From contig JBFGZE010000005.1 in NCBI GenBank assembly GCA_041586955.1, positions 24,563 to 88,562 on the forward strand: a DNA stretch of 64,000 nucleotides. Direction: 5' to 3'. The notes beneath the pieces are model-generated. The model did no database searches, was not told the DNA's origin, and saw nothing but the letters and a program-made list of their open reading frames with translations. Position numbers and translations under genes: made by a program. Position 1 is the stretch's first letter; every line of letters begins with the position of its first letter. The stretch is from Bacteriovoracaceae bacterium. Its GTDB lineage: Bacteria > Bdellovibrionota > Bacteriovoracia > Bacteriovoracales > Bacteriovoracaceae. Of the stretch, positions 50,389 through 60,110 are shown piece after piece.

Positions 50389-51120
50389 ATGAAGCTTTTG
50401 ATCTCCATTTTATGTTTTTTTATAACAAGTTTAATTGTGGCCGATACGTTAAAAGTTGGTTACACCGTTCTCCCTCCGCATATCATGGAAAAGGATGGCC
50501 AAGCCTATGGGCCGGCAAAAGAATATATTGAAATGGTTGCTGCAAGTGCAGGGCACCAGCTCCAATGGGTGAAAGTCAATATTAAACGAATTGAAGTCAT
50601 GCTCAAAAATGGTCATATTGATTTTCATTACGCTTTCGTTCGTACTAAGAGGCGCGCCAAAAAATTTCATTTTGCTAAAACCGCCATTGCCAAGGGCTCG
50701 TATTGCTTTCTTGCTCATCGTGATGATCCTATAACTTTTGATGAAATTATGAATTCTAAACTTATTATTCATAAACTGATTGGCTTTGTGGTTCTGGATT
50801 CACTTAAAAAAAAGGAAAGAGACTTTTTAGAAGTGAGCGGGGTTGGTCATCGTAAAAAAATGATTGAAATGGTTATTAACAAGCGCTTGAGATTGGCCTA
50901 TTTACCAGCTTGTAATTTAGCGAACGATATAGATATTACAAAATTACGTGTGATTCCTATCAAGGGGAGTCTGACGAATTTTTATTTCGCCTTTTCGAAA
51001 AAAGTAGCTCCCACTATCATTGCTAGCTTTGACAAAGCACTTTTGGATCGCTCAAGGAAGAAGATGAGTTATTCCAATTACTTTAAAAAAATCAATACTA
51101 AAAAGGCTAAGATTAAGTAA
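50389..51120 (+). CDS. Periplasmic substrate-binding protein (family 3-like)
   Basis: Signal peptide; LPPH, R..MLKNGHID, YFAFSK pattern. Confidence 0.7.
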   Translation: MKLLISILCFFITSLIVADTLKVGYTVLPPHIMEKDGQAYGPAKEYIEMVAASAGHQLQWVKVNIKRIEVMLKNGHIDFHYAFVRTKRRAKKFHFAKTAIAKGSYCFLAHRDDPITFDEIMNSKLIIHKLIGFVVLDSLKKKERDFLEVSGVGHRKKMIEMVINKRLRLAYLPACNLANDIDITKLRVIPIKGSLTNFYFAFSKKVAPTIIASFDKALLDRSRKKMSYSNYFKKINTKKAKIK

Positions 51121-51237
51121 TTATACATGCTTGAGGCACTGTGTCGTAGGGGTTTTTTTGGTTAATTAAACTTACCAAAGAAAGGTAGAATGCGTATGAT
51201 CGCTCCAATATTAACCATTTAAACAAATAAATTCATT

Positions 51238-52275
51238 ATGACTAATCTTCCTTATATCGGCGCAGAATTGTTGGGAATTGGCGGTGAGTTGAAATCTCGT
51301 CCTGAGCATTTTCAGGTCATTGAGATTCCTCTTTATGAGGCCTCTGGGGAAGGACAACATATTTATCTCACCCTTCAACGTCAAAACCAAAGTACCAATG
51401 AAGTCGTTAAAGGCCTTCAACAAATTTTTAAGATACCTCAAAAAGAAATTGGTGTAGCGGGGCTAAAGGATAAAAATGCCTTAACGACACAGACTTTCTC
51501 CTTGTCATTAGGACGTAACTTTTCGCTTGAGCAAGCACAGCAATTATTGGCAGAAAATGAAAATAATTGGAAAATTTTAAACTTATCTCGTCATGAAAAT
51601 AAAATCAGAACAGGGCATCTGGTGGGTAATCAATTTAAAATTGTTGTTTCCCATCTGGAGATACCAGTTGATATTGCCTACACTAGGGCCTTTGCCATTA
51701 GAGAGATGCTTTTTAAGCAAGGAGTACCCAATTATTATGGGCCTCAGCGCTTTGGTACTAAGGGTGATAATGCAGAGTATGGTGAAAAAATTTTGCGAGG
51801 AGAAGTTAAGGAGAGGAAGCATAAAAAAAAGAAGTTTTTACTATCGTCTTTTCAGTCTATGCTCTTTAATGAGTGGTTGGCGCAGAGGATTGAGAGTCAA
51901 TTATTCCATGCCTTAATAGAAGGTGATCAATTACAAAACTTGAATCAGGGCCGATGCTTTCCGTATCTTAGCGGTTCGGATCATATAGAGCAATTTAATC
52001 AAAATGGTATCAATTATACGGGACCTATTTTTGGCCCTAAAATGGTGCTGGCCGAAGGGCAGGCGCTTGCGCGCGAAATTCAATTATTAGAAAAATGGAA
52101 TTTGACTCTTGAGGACTTTGGACGCAATGGCCTGGCCGGTACCAGGCGTTCTGCTCGTATCTTAATACCTGATCTAGAGATTCAAAAAGAGGAAGAAGGA
52201 TTGGTGTTTCTCTTCACTTTGCCGGCCGGAAGTTATGCGACCTCTGTTCTAAGAGAGTTTATGAAAAATGATTGA
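51238..52275 (+). CDS. truD: tRNA pseudouridine(13) synthase
   Basis: AGLKDKNALTTQ, GNQF, PNYYGPQRFG, GSYATSVLRE motifs. Confidence 0.95.
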   Translation: MTNLPYIGAELLGIGGELKSRPEHFQVIEIPLYEASGEGQHIYLTLQRQNQSTNEVVKGLQQIFKIPQKEIGVAGLKDKNALTTQTFSLSLGRNFSLEQAQQLLAENENNWKILNLSRHENKIRTGHLVGNQFKIVVSHLEIPVDIAYTRAFAIREMLFKQGVPNYYGPQRFGTKGDNAEYGEKILRGEVKERKHKKKKFLLSSFQSMLFNEWLAQRIESQLFHALIEGDQLQNLNQGRCFPYLSGSDHIEQFNQNGINYTGPIFGPKMVLAEGQALAREIQLLEKWNLTLEDFGRNGLAGTRRSARILIPDLEIQKEEEGLVFLFTLPAGSYATSVLREFMKND

Positions 52276-52627
52276 GCTGATCTTTATATTCAAGGGCAAA
52301 GCTAGGCCCTTTTAAATAATTAACGACTCGTTCATTACTTTTGACTAACCTTACTTTTCCATAATTTAAATCGAGCATTATTTCTTGCGTTTATGCTGTC
52401 ACCCTTGGGATAGCGATTGCCATAGTTAATTTTATAGCAGGGGACAGTTTTTCGTTTATAGAGTCGGCGGTACTTTTTTTTTGAATTCGCGACTCTCTAA
52501 GGTATCGTTATCACGAATACCGATACTGGAAAAAATGCCAGCTTAAAGAATAATTATTGGAACCGGTTTTACAATTATGATATGGTCCTGCCACTTGAAT
52601 TTTGAAATTTAATCCCCGGAGTATCTT

Positions 52628-53908
52628 ATGATGATTAATTTAAAAAAGTGGGTAATTTTATCTAGTCTTGGATTTTCATTAAGTGGAGCTCTTTTCGCCA
52701 ATCCCTTAGCTGATGGGACAAGCGATTGTGGTGTTCCGGTTTGCGATGTCAGAGCAACGATCGATGCGGTTTCTGCTCTAGATGCTAATAAGCGGGGAGA
52801 ATACGCTCTAAAGCTCCAAGCTGATTTTAAAAAGGAAAAGAATCCCGAGGTTTTAGAAAACCTTTATGTATATGGTAAGGAGTTGCGAGACCTCTACCAA
52901 ACCCTTATGGATAGAAATGGAGATGACGAATGGATCTTTCGCGCGGCAAATGATTTTGTTAGTGGAGTCATTCTCAATCTTACCAGATATAGCGATTTTG
53001 ACGCTGGAAAATTTTCAACTTATTACCAAGAGCTCGCAGGCCAATCCAGTCGCTATAATATGATCGCTTTTTGGGTTGCTAAAGTCGACAATATTGAAGA
53101 CGCTACGATCCTTAACGATTTATCGATCTTTGCGAGAAATGCCAGGGCCTATTCTTTAAAAGTAGAGGATGAGGATTGGGTTCCAAGAGAAGCGACCTCT
53201 CTTCTTATTAAGGTGACTGAAAAGTTAATGCTTTTAGACCCTGTTCATGAAGGCCAATATGAACTAAAAGTAAAAGCAACAGGAGCTCGCGTTGGAAAAT
53301 ATGAGCTAGACCAAATGACAATCGTCCAATCCTGTCTCGATGGCACCCTTCAAGTTTCATTTGTAAATAGTGAGTATAGTTACCAGGGTTTTCTATTTAA
53401 AGAGGCCGAACTCATTGGAAATATCATTAGCGGAAAAACAATTAACGCTCTGGGACAATCAGCAGCTTTAGAGTTAACTTTTGATCGCTCCACAGGAAAC
53501 GTCCAGGGAACGATTGAGACGACTTTGGCCACATTAAACTTCACGGGCCAACAAATGATTTCTACTCGTGATGCCTTTATGGGGGTGACGCCTTATAAGA
53601 TGTCTGAAGAGGATATTTTAGGACGCCTAAGAGGAACATGGGGGGATCTGGATGGATATTTTCTTATCAAGCGATTTAAAGAATATATCTATACCGCAAC
53701 CTTTGTATCAGAAGAGGATCAGGTAATTGTTCACTTTCGAGGAAAGTTCTTTGAGAAAAGTGGCGTTCTTTCCCTTTCTAGCGAGAGTGGAATTAAAGTG
53801 GTTATGTCATTAAGAAATATTGATGATAAATTACGCTGGCGAGGTTATAGCTTTAGTGTGAAGGGAAGTGGAGCTTTAAGGGTTCGCTTAAGGCCTATTA
53901 AAAAATAG
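52628..53908 (+). CDS. Secreted hypothetical protein (helical N-half, beta C-half)
   Basis: Signal peptide, CGVPVC motif, 426 aa ORF. Confidence 0.65.
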   Translation: MMINLKKWVILSSLGFSLSGALFANPLADGTSDCGVPVCDVRATIDAVSALDANKRGEYALKLQADFKKEKNPEVLENLYVYGKELRDLYQTLMDRNGDDEWIFRAANDFVSGVILNLTRYSDFDAGKFSTYYQELAGQSSRYNMIAFWVAKVDNIEDATILNDLSIFARNARAYSLKVEDEDWVPREATSLLIKVTEKLMLLDPVHEGQYELKVKATGARVGKYELDQMTIVQSCLDGTLQVSFVNSEYSYQGFLFKEAELIGNIISGKTINALGQSAALELTFDRSTGNVQGTIETTLATLNFTGQQMISTRDAFMGVTPYKMSEEDILGRLRGTWGDLDGYFLIKRFKEYIYTATFVSEEDQVIVHFRGKFFEKSGVLSLSSESGIKVVMSLRNIDDKLRWRGYSFSVKGSGALRVRLRPIKK

Positions 53909-53933
53909 AGCTATCTTAGATATTTCAAATAAC

Positions 53934-53961
53934 AAAAGGCGGGATTAAACCCGCCTTTTTT
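53934..53961. terminator. Bidirectional terminator between convergent genes
   Basis: AAAAGGCGGG-attaaa-CCCGCCTTTTT. Confidence 0.85.
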
Positions 53962-53977
53962 ATTATGGTAATTGTTC

Positions 53978-54748
53978 TTAAAATTGGCTAGCAGTGCCAC
54001 GTCCCATTCTTTGCCCTTTCTCTGACAGAGGAAGGTAATAAAGAGTGAAACCAGCATAAATAAGGTTTGGATCTTTAATCAATGGTTTATTATTAAACCA
54101 GATATAATTCCAGTGAGAAGAGTCCCCATCATAAACATTTTTGGAAATAATACCTAAAGTATCGTTTCTCTTAATAAGGTAAGCTGTCCCTTCTGGATTG
54201 AAATTAAATTCAGTACTAGGCGCTTCATACTTAAGAGCAACACCGGCCTCAAGCTCTGTTGATTCCAGGTGATCTTGGTTGAGACGATATATCTCTCTCC
54301 ATTTTCCAACATTACCATATAGCTTAAAGGCGATTTCCATTAAAGTTTCACCTCTTTTAACAGTATAGCTTAAATAATTGCCACTACCGCTATCATTGCT
54401 TACGCCTGCCGCTGCCATAGGGGACGCTTCAGCTTCGCTTGAATAGTCGGTATTCGCCATATTTTCATCAGGAATATCTTGTTGTTGATAATCAGTGGGT
54501 GCGTCTTCAATTGCGACGGCCTGACTCTCGTTCATTTCACCATCAAGTGATTCTTCCGTCGTTATATCTTCGCCATCAAGGCTAGCAGTTCCTTCTGAAA
54601 CATCTAATTCTGCTTCACCTGGTTCTGATTCATCAATAATTTGATCTTCTACAGCTTCGCCATCAGCATTTGTTGTCTTCTTTGAAGAACAGGATGCGAA
54701 ATTGAATGCCAATAGGGCAATTAAAATTGGGAAAAGTATGCGCTTCAT
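53978..54748 (-). CDS. Lipoprotein with acidic linker and two LysM domains
   Basis: FASC lipobox; YTVKRGETLMEIA and YLIKRNDTLGIIS...NLIYAG. Confidence 0.88.
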   Translation of the reverse strand: MKRILFPILIALLAFNFASCSSKKTTNADGEAVEDQIIDESEPGEAELDVSEGTASLDGEDITTEESLDGEMNESQAVAIEDAPTDYQQQDIPDENMANTDYSSEAEASPMAAAGVSNDSGSGNYLSYTVKRGETLMEIAFKLYGNVGKWREIYRLNQDHLESTELEAGVALKYEAPSTEFNFNPEGTAYLIKRNDTLGIISKNVYDGDSSHWNYIWFNNKPLIKDPNLIYAGFTLYYLPLSEKGQRMGRGTASQF

Positions 54749-54789
54749 GTTTCCTCTCTCGTCTAGTTGAACACCTACCATTTGTATAT

Positions 54790-54816
54790 TTATCGGTGTC
54801 CTTACTAAAAAAATTA
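54790..54816 (-). promoter_or_regulatory. Sigma28 (FliA)-like promoter
   Basis: TAAT-N15-ACCGATAA. Confidence 0.6.
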
Positions 54817-55230
54817 AGTTCTTTTACTGAAAAAGGAAATAGGCAGAAATAGCAGGTATCTTAGTTCTTTGGTTAGTTTATTGTGTGTCGAGTCAATTAA
54901 CTGCTTGGAATTATAGAATTTTTTCTCAGGAGATAACCAGGTTGAACATATCCAGCATAAAAAATAAATTTATTATTTTTCAAAAATTGGTTGAACTGGC
55001 ACCCGGCAACTTTTTTTGGACTATTTGAGGTGAGTGTAGAGACTATTGTTATAGTGAATTATTGCACCGTGGACTGGAGCGAGGACGAGGTAGATTAAAA
55101 AAAGAATAAGGATGCTTTTACTTTTTAGGCCCATTTGACCTCCTTTTAGAAAGGCTACCTGATAAGTATTTGGACATTCAAGAGGAGGAAGAGTCTTTAA
55201 CAAGAAGTTGACAAGTGCCGGACATTTTAT

Positions 55231-55260
55231 AAAAAAGGGCGAAGAGTAACCTCGCCCTTT
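55231..55260 (-). terminator. Terminator after acs
   Basis: AAAAAAGGGCGA...TCGCCCTTT. Confidence 0.8.
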
Positions 55261-55267
55261 CATTTAA

Positions 55268-57157
55268 TTAAGGGGTAATTATTTTTTCAACGACACTTGG
55301 GTCCAATAAGGTCGAAATATCACCAAAATTAGACTTCTCACCCTCGGCTATTTTGCGTAAGATACGTCTCATAATTTTACCGGAGCGAGTTTTTGGTAAA
55401 CCTGTGACAAATTGTATTTTATCAGGTTTGGCAATGGGGCCAATGAATTTCAAGACAGTGTCAAGAATTTCTTTTTCTGTTGTTGTCTGATCATTCTTTC
55501 CAGTAATGATATAGGCGTAGATCCCCTGTCCTTTGATATCGTGAGGAAAGCCAACGACAGCAGATTCAATAACATCTGGGTGCTGGTTGATTGCATCTTC
55601 AACTTCAGCTGTCCCTATTCGGTGACCAGAAACATTGATGACATCATCAACCCTTCCGGTAATGCGATAAAGTCCATCCTTGTCACGACGACAGCCATCA
55701 CCAGTAAAGTATTTTCCAGGATATGTGCTGAAGTAGGTTTGTTGGAAACGCTCGTGATCACCCCAGATGGTTCGCAACATTCCAGGCCATGGGAATTGAA
55801 TACAGAGGTTTCCCTCCACATCATTACCTGTGATAACCGCTCCTTGCTCATCAACTAGGACGGGTTGGACACCGGGAAGGGGAAGAGTGGCAAAACATGG
55901 CCTGATTGGTGTAATTCCCGCTAGAGGTGAAATCATAATTCCTCCAGTTTCAGTTTGCCACCAAGTATCAACGATTGGGCATTGTCCTTTGCCTATTAAA
56001 TCATTATACCAATTCCATGCTTCTAGATTGATGGGTTCTCCCACCGTTCCTAATACCTTGAGAGAGGATAAGTTATATTTTGCAGGAACTTCTGCACCAT
56101 AGGCCATAAGAGCTCGAATCGCGGTAGGTGCAGTATAAAAGTGAGTGATTTGGTGGCGGTCAACAATTTCCCAGAATCGTCCAGCATCAGGGAAAGTCGG
56201 AATACCTTCAAACATAACGGTGGTTGAGCCACTTAGAAGTGGTCCATAGGCGATATAACTATGACCTGTAATCCAGCCTATATCTGCCGTACACCAATAA
56301 GTATCATTTTCTTCTACTTGGAAAACATTCTGATAGGTATATGCGGCCCAAATCATATAGCCGGCGATTGTGTGCTTAATTCCTTTCGGCCTTCCGGTAG
56401 AGCCTGAAGTGTAGAGGAGGAAAAGAGGATCCTCTGCGTCCATTATGGCGGCAGTGTTCTCGCTTAATGCCTTATCGAATAGATCATGCCACCAAAAATC
56501 ACGCCCCTCTTGCATTGAAATGTTATTTTTCGCGCGTCGGTGGACGATGACCTTTTCAATACATGAGCAGGAATTTTTGGCCAATGCTTCATCAGATATA
56601 TCTTTTAAGGGAATAACCTTTTGGCCACGTAGGCCACCATCATTAGTAATTAATAATTTACATTGAGCATCTTCAATTCGTGAAGCAAGCGCCTCGGCAG
56701 AAAAGCCTCCAAAAACAACAGAGTGAATCGCGCCAATACGGGCACAGGCAAGGACTGATATAAGAAGTTCTGGAACCATCGACATATAAAGACAGACTCG
56801 ATCGCCTTTTGAGATACCTAGGTCAGTGAGCATATTAGCGGTCTTACAGACAGCTTGATGTAGTTCTTCGTAGGTGTATGTGATTGTTTTTTCACCGGGG
56901 TCATTGGCCTCAAAAATTAACGCTGTTTTTTTCGCTCTTTTTTCTAGGTGGCGATCGAGGCAGTTTTCAGTAATATTGAGCTTGCCACCATCAAACCATT
57001 TGATATTGGTATCGGTCATCGTGCCGCTTAAAGTTGAGCTCCATTTTTTTTGCCAAGTAAAGGTCTCTGCAACTGAGCTCCAAAATGATTCGGGGTTATC
57101 CTGTGCATCGTTGTAACTTTTTTGGTAGTCCTCAAATGTACGAATTCGCCAGTCCAT
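55268..57157 (-). CDS. acs: Acetyl-CoA synthetase
   Basis: YTSGSTGRPKG, DTWWQTETG, PKTRSGKIMRR motifs. Confidence 0.96.
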   Translation of the reverse strand: MDWRIRTFEDYQKSYNDAQDNPESFWSSVAETFTWQKKWSSTLSGTMTDTNIKWFDGGKLNITENCLDRHLEKRAKKTALIFEANDPGEKTITYTYEELHQAVCKTANMLTDLGISKGDRVCLYMSMVPELLISVLACARIGAIHSVVFGGFSAEALASRIEDAQCKLLITNDGGLRGQKVIPLKDISDEALAKNSCSCIEKVIVHRRAKNNISMQEGRDFWWHDLFDKALSENTAAIMDAEDPLFLLYTSGSTGRPKGIKHTIAGYMIWAAYTYQNVFQVEENDTYWCTADIGWITGHSYIAYGPLLSGSTTVMFEGIPTFPDAGRFWEIVDRHQITHFYTAPTAIRALMAYGAEVPAKYNLSSLKVLGTVGEPINLEAWNWYNDLIGKGQCPIVDTWWQTETGGIMISPLAGITPIRPCFATLPLPGVQPVLVDEQGAVITGNDVEGNLCIQFPWPGMLRTIWGDHERFQQTYFSTYPGKYFTGDGCRRDKDGLYRITGRVDDVINVSGHRIGTAEVEDAINQHPDVIESAVVGFPHDIKGQGIYAYIITGKNDQTTTEKEILDTVLKFIGPIAKPDKIQFVTGLPKTRSGKIMRRILRKIAEGEKSNFGDISTLLDPSVVEKIITP

Positions 57158-57443
57158 AATTCAATCCTTTGCTGAGATAAATATTGGGACTATGGTATAA
57201 AGGAAACTTACTGAGGTCTAGTGAAAAGGGCTTTTAAAACCTTTCAAGTGACTGATAATATTAATTATTTTAACCATTGTTAGCATTATGTTAGTTTTCC
57301 TTCCAGCTATTTCATGAGGGTACCCAATTGTGTCACAATTGCTCTACGCCTACGAAGTTTTTACATAAGACCTATGAATCAGTTGATAACTTGCTACTGT
57401 GTTGCATAGTGTCATTGGGGAGATTGATTATGTGGAGTATTCA

Positions 57444-58586
57444 ATGAAAGAGTTATTTTTACGGTTACAAAAAGATTCCAAGGTGGATATCCTCATAAGG
57501 GTCATAACAGTTTTGGCCTTATTATATTTTTTCCTCATAGGGGTTAAATTGCTTTCTTCGAGCATGAGCTTATTGGGAGCTGGCTTCGGGCGAACGCTTC
57601 TCAATATAACCTCCAATCCTTTTTCAAGTTTAATGAGTGGTATGCTCGCTACTGTACTATTCCAATCATCATCATTGACGACATCTTTAATCGTTGGACT
57701 TGTTGCCGCTGGTTCTATGAGTGTTGGTGGTTCTATTCCCATGATTATGGGTGCTAACCTTGGTACATCGGTGACCAATACGTTGGTCAGTCTCGGTTAT
57801 ATAAAAGAAAAAGAAAATTATAAAAAAGCTTTTGCTGCCGCGACGATCCACGACTTTTTTAATATTATGTCAGTTGCCATTGTTCTTCCTATTGAATTGG
57901 CAACAGGTATCTTAGAGAAAATGTCTGTTAAAGTAGCGCATCTTCTCTACGGGTCTGTTAGTGGGGTAAAATTTAATAGCCCAATTAAAGCGGCCATTAA
58001 ACCACCTGTTAAGTTTGTAAAAAACTTTATTATTAATGATTTGAATGTTGATAAACAATGGGCAGGTATCGTTCTTGTGGTCATCGCCGCTAGTATTGTT
58101 ATTTTCGCTTTAACTTATATTGTCAAAACCATGAATATTATAATTGTATCGAATAAGGCCGAGATTATTCAAAAAATTCTTTCGAGAAATACTTTTGCGA
58201 CGATACTTTTTGGCATGCTTTTAACTATTTCGGTGCAATCCAGTTCCATCACAACCTCATTATTGGTCCCGATGGCCGGTGCCGGGTTAGTTAATCTAGA
58301 GGTGATTTTTGCGATTACTATTGGGGCCAATATTGGCACAACGACAACCGCCTTATTAGCGGCGCTAACAGGGAATGTCGCCGGGTTATCAATTGCCCTC
58401 GTTCACTTTTTCTTTAATCTGATTGGTGCTTTATTACTTTACCCTAATAGAAGAATTCGCAACCTTCCAATTCGATTATCACAAGGCCTGGCCAATTATA
58501 TAGATCGTTCTCGGTTTGTAGGTCTTGGTTATATTGCCTCTGTCTTTTTCGCCCTGCCCCTATCGATGATTTTTATTTTTAAATAA
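57444..58586 (+). CDS. Na+/Pi symporter (SLC34/NptA-like)
   Basis: Two QSSS and two GAN[LI]GT repeats. Confidence 0.92.
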   Translation: MKELFLRLQKDSKVDILIRVITVLALLYFFLIGVKLLSSSMSLLGAGFGRTLLNITSNPFSSLMSGMLATVLFQSSSLTTSLIVGLVAAGSMSVGGSIPMIMGANLGTSVTNTLVSLGYIKEKENYKKAFAAATIHDFFNIMSVAIVLPIELATGILEKMSVKVAHLLYGSVSGVKFNSPIKAAIKPPVKFVKNFIINDLNVDKQWAGIVLVVIAASIVIFALTYIVKTMNIIIVSNKAEIIQKILSRNTFATILFGMLLTISVQSSSITTSLLVPMAGAGLVNLEVIFAITIGANIGTTTTALLAALTGNVAGLSIALVHFFFNLIGALLLYPNRRIRNLPIRLSQGLANYIDRSRFVGLGYIASVFFALPLSMIFIFK

Positions 58587-58600
58587 GGTATAATAGATTG

Positions 58601-58629
58601 AAAAAAGTTGGCCTGGGTCAGCTTTTTTT
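58601..58629 (+). terminator. Terminator after the Na/Pi symporter
   Basis: AAAAAAGTTGGCC-tg-GGTCAGCTTTTTTT. Confidence 0.7.
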
Positions 58630-58724
58630 CTCATCATGTGGCCTACTATGGATCATCATAAAGTCATAATGGTATGCACTTGAATACAATTATTGGCGGC
58701 TTAATTTTGTCGGAAGGGGAGTTT

Positions 58725-59210
58725 GTGAGCAATATCTATCAATTTGAAGTCACTAAAAATGATGGTAGCAAGGTGATGCTCCAAGAATTTGCGGGGAAAG
58801 TATTGCTTATTGTGAATGTCGCCAGTGAATGTGGGTTTACTAATCAATATGAAGAATTAGAGACGCTTTATGGTCGTTTTAAAGACCAGGGCCTTGAGGT
58901 CTTGGCCTTTCCCTCCAATCAATTTGGCGGCCAAGAGCCTGGAACGGATGCAGAAATTAAATCATTTTGTGAGACACGATTTAAGATCAGTTTCCCGCTT
59001 TTTCAAAAAATTGAGGTCAATGGTAAATCGTCACATCCTCTTTATCAATTTTTACGAGAGGCGGCGAGAGGAGTTCTCGGGTCTCGTTCAATTAAATGGA
59101 ACTTTACCAAGTTTTTAGTGTCAAAAAATGGTGATACCATTACCCGTTATGCACCCAACACTAGACCAATTGAAATGGAAAAGGATATTCTCCAATTAAT
59201 CAATCAATAA
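58725..59210 (+). CDS. Glutathione peroxidase (Cys type)
   Basis: NVASECGFT, FPSNQFGGQEPG, WNFTKFL motifs. Confidence 0.93.
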   Translation: MSNIYQFEVTKNDGSKVMLQEFAGKVLLIVNVASECGFTNQYEELETLYGRFKDQGLEVLAFPSNQFGGQEPGTDAEIKSFCETRFKISFPLFQKIEVNGKSSHPLYQFLREAARGVLGSRSIKWNFTKFLVSKNGDTITRYAPNTRPIEMEKDILQLINQ

Positions 59211-59612
59211 TTATTGGGAGTCTGGCAGGACATCTTTGATTTTTTGATTGATGGTGTTGCGATCAAAAGGCTTTAAAATATAATTGGATGCCTTTTCTCG
59301 AATGGCCTCAAGGATAACGTTTTTTTCATTTTCCGTTGTAATCATAATAATAGGCTTCTTAGGATATGCTTTATGGCCACGAATGAGACGGAGCAATTCT
59401 ATGCCGTTCATATTTGGCATATTGATATCAATAAAAATCAGGTCATAATGCCAATTCTCTTGGTCTGCCTTTTGTACCATTTGCCAGGCAACATGCCCAT
59501 CCTCGGCTTCGTAGCAATGAGAGTACCCTAATTCATTTAAGGTTTTTACGATAAGGCCACGGATGGTGGACATATCATCAACGATAAGAATACGTAAGTC
59601 ACTTTTGGACAT
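59211..59612 (-). CDS. Single-domain response regulator (CheY-like)
   Basis: LIVDD, FIDINMPNMNG, MITT, KPF motifs. Confidence 0.92.
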   Translation of the reverse strand: MSKSDLRILIVDDMSTIRGLIVKTLNELGYSHCYEAEDGHVAWQMVQKADQENWHYDLIFIDINMPNMNGIELLRLIRGHKAYPKKPIIMITTENEKNVILEAIREKASNYILKPFDRNTINQKIKDVLPDSQ

Positions 59613-59711
59613 CGGATTTCCTCAAAAGGTTAAAGTTATACTTCATTATAGAAAGAGTGGACAATTTGGTCATTTGTTAAGTCTTTTCCGGTCCAAAAGG
59701 GTCGGTTAAGT

Positions 59712-60110
59712 TTAGTCCTGTAAATCGCTAAAAACTTCTTCTATTTTTCGTTCAAGAAGTATTCGGTTAAATGGCTTAACGATATAATTATTGGCGTTAA
59801 ACCGGATAGCGTCAAGAATAACTCCTCGCTCGGACTCTGTTGTTACCATAATAACGGGAGTTTTTTGATATATTGGCAGCTTTCGTAATTCTTTGAGCAA
59901 TTCAAGGCCACCCATAATAGGCATATAGATATCAATAAAAATTAAAGAGAAGGGGGAACCGCTCTCGCTCGCCTGATTGAGCGCATTTAATCCATCTTGG
60001 CCATTTTCAGCTTCGGAGGTATCGCTATGACCTAGTTCTTGTAAAGTTTCGGCCATTAGGGTGCGAGTAGACGCCTGATCATCCACAATAAGTATTTTTA
60101 AGTTGGCCAT
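59712..60110 (-). CDS. Single-domain response regulator (CheY-like)
   Basis: LIVDD, FIDIYMPIMGG, MVTT, KPF motifs. Confidence 0.92.
   Translation of the reverse strand: MANLKILIVDDQASTRTLMAETLQELGHSDTSEAENGQDGLNALNQASESGSPFSLIFIDIYMPIMGGLELLKELRKLPIYQKTPVIMVTTESERGVILDAIRFNANNYIVKPFNRILLERKIEEVFSDLQD

Noticed and set aside
58725..59210. Selenocysteine in the glutathione peroxidase
   Set aside because: The active-site codon is TGT (Cys).
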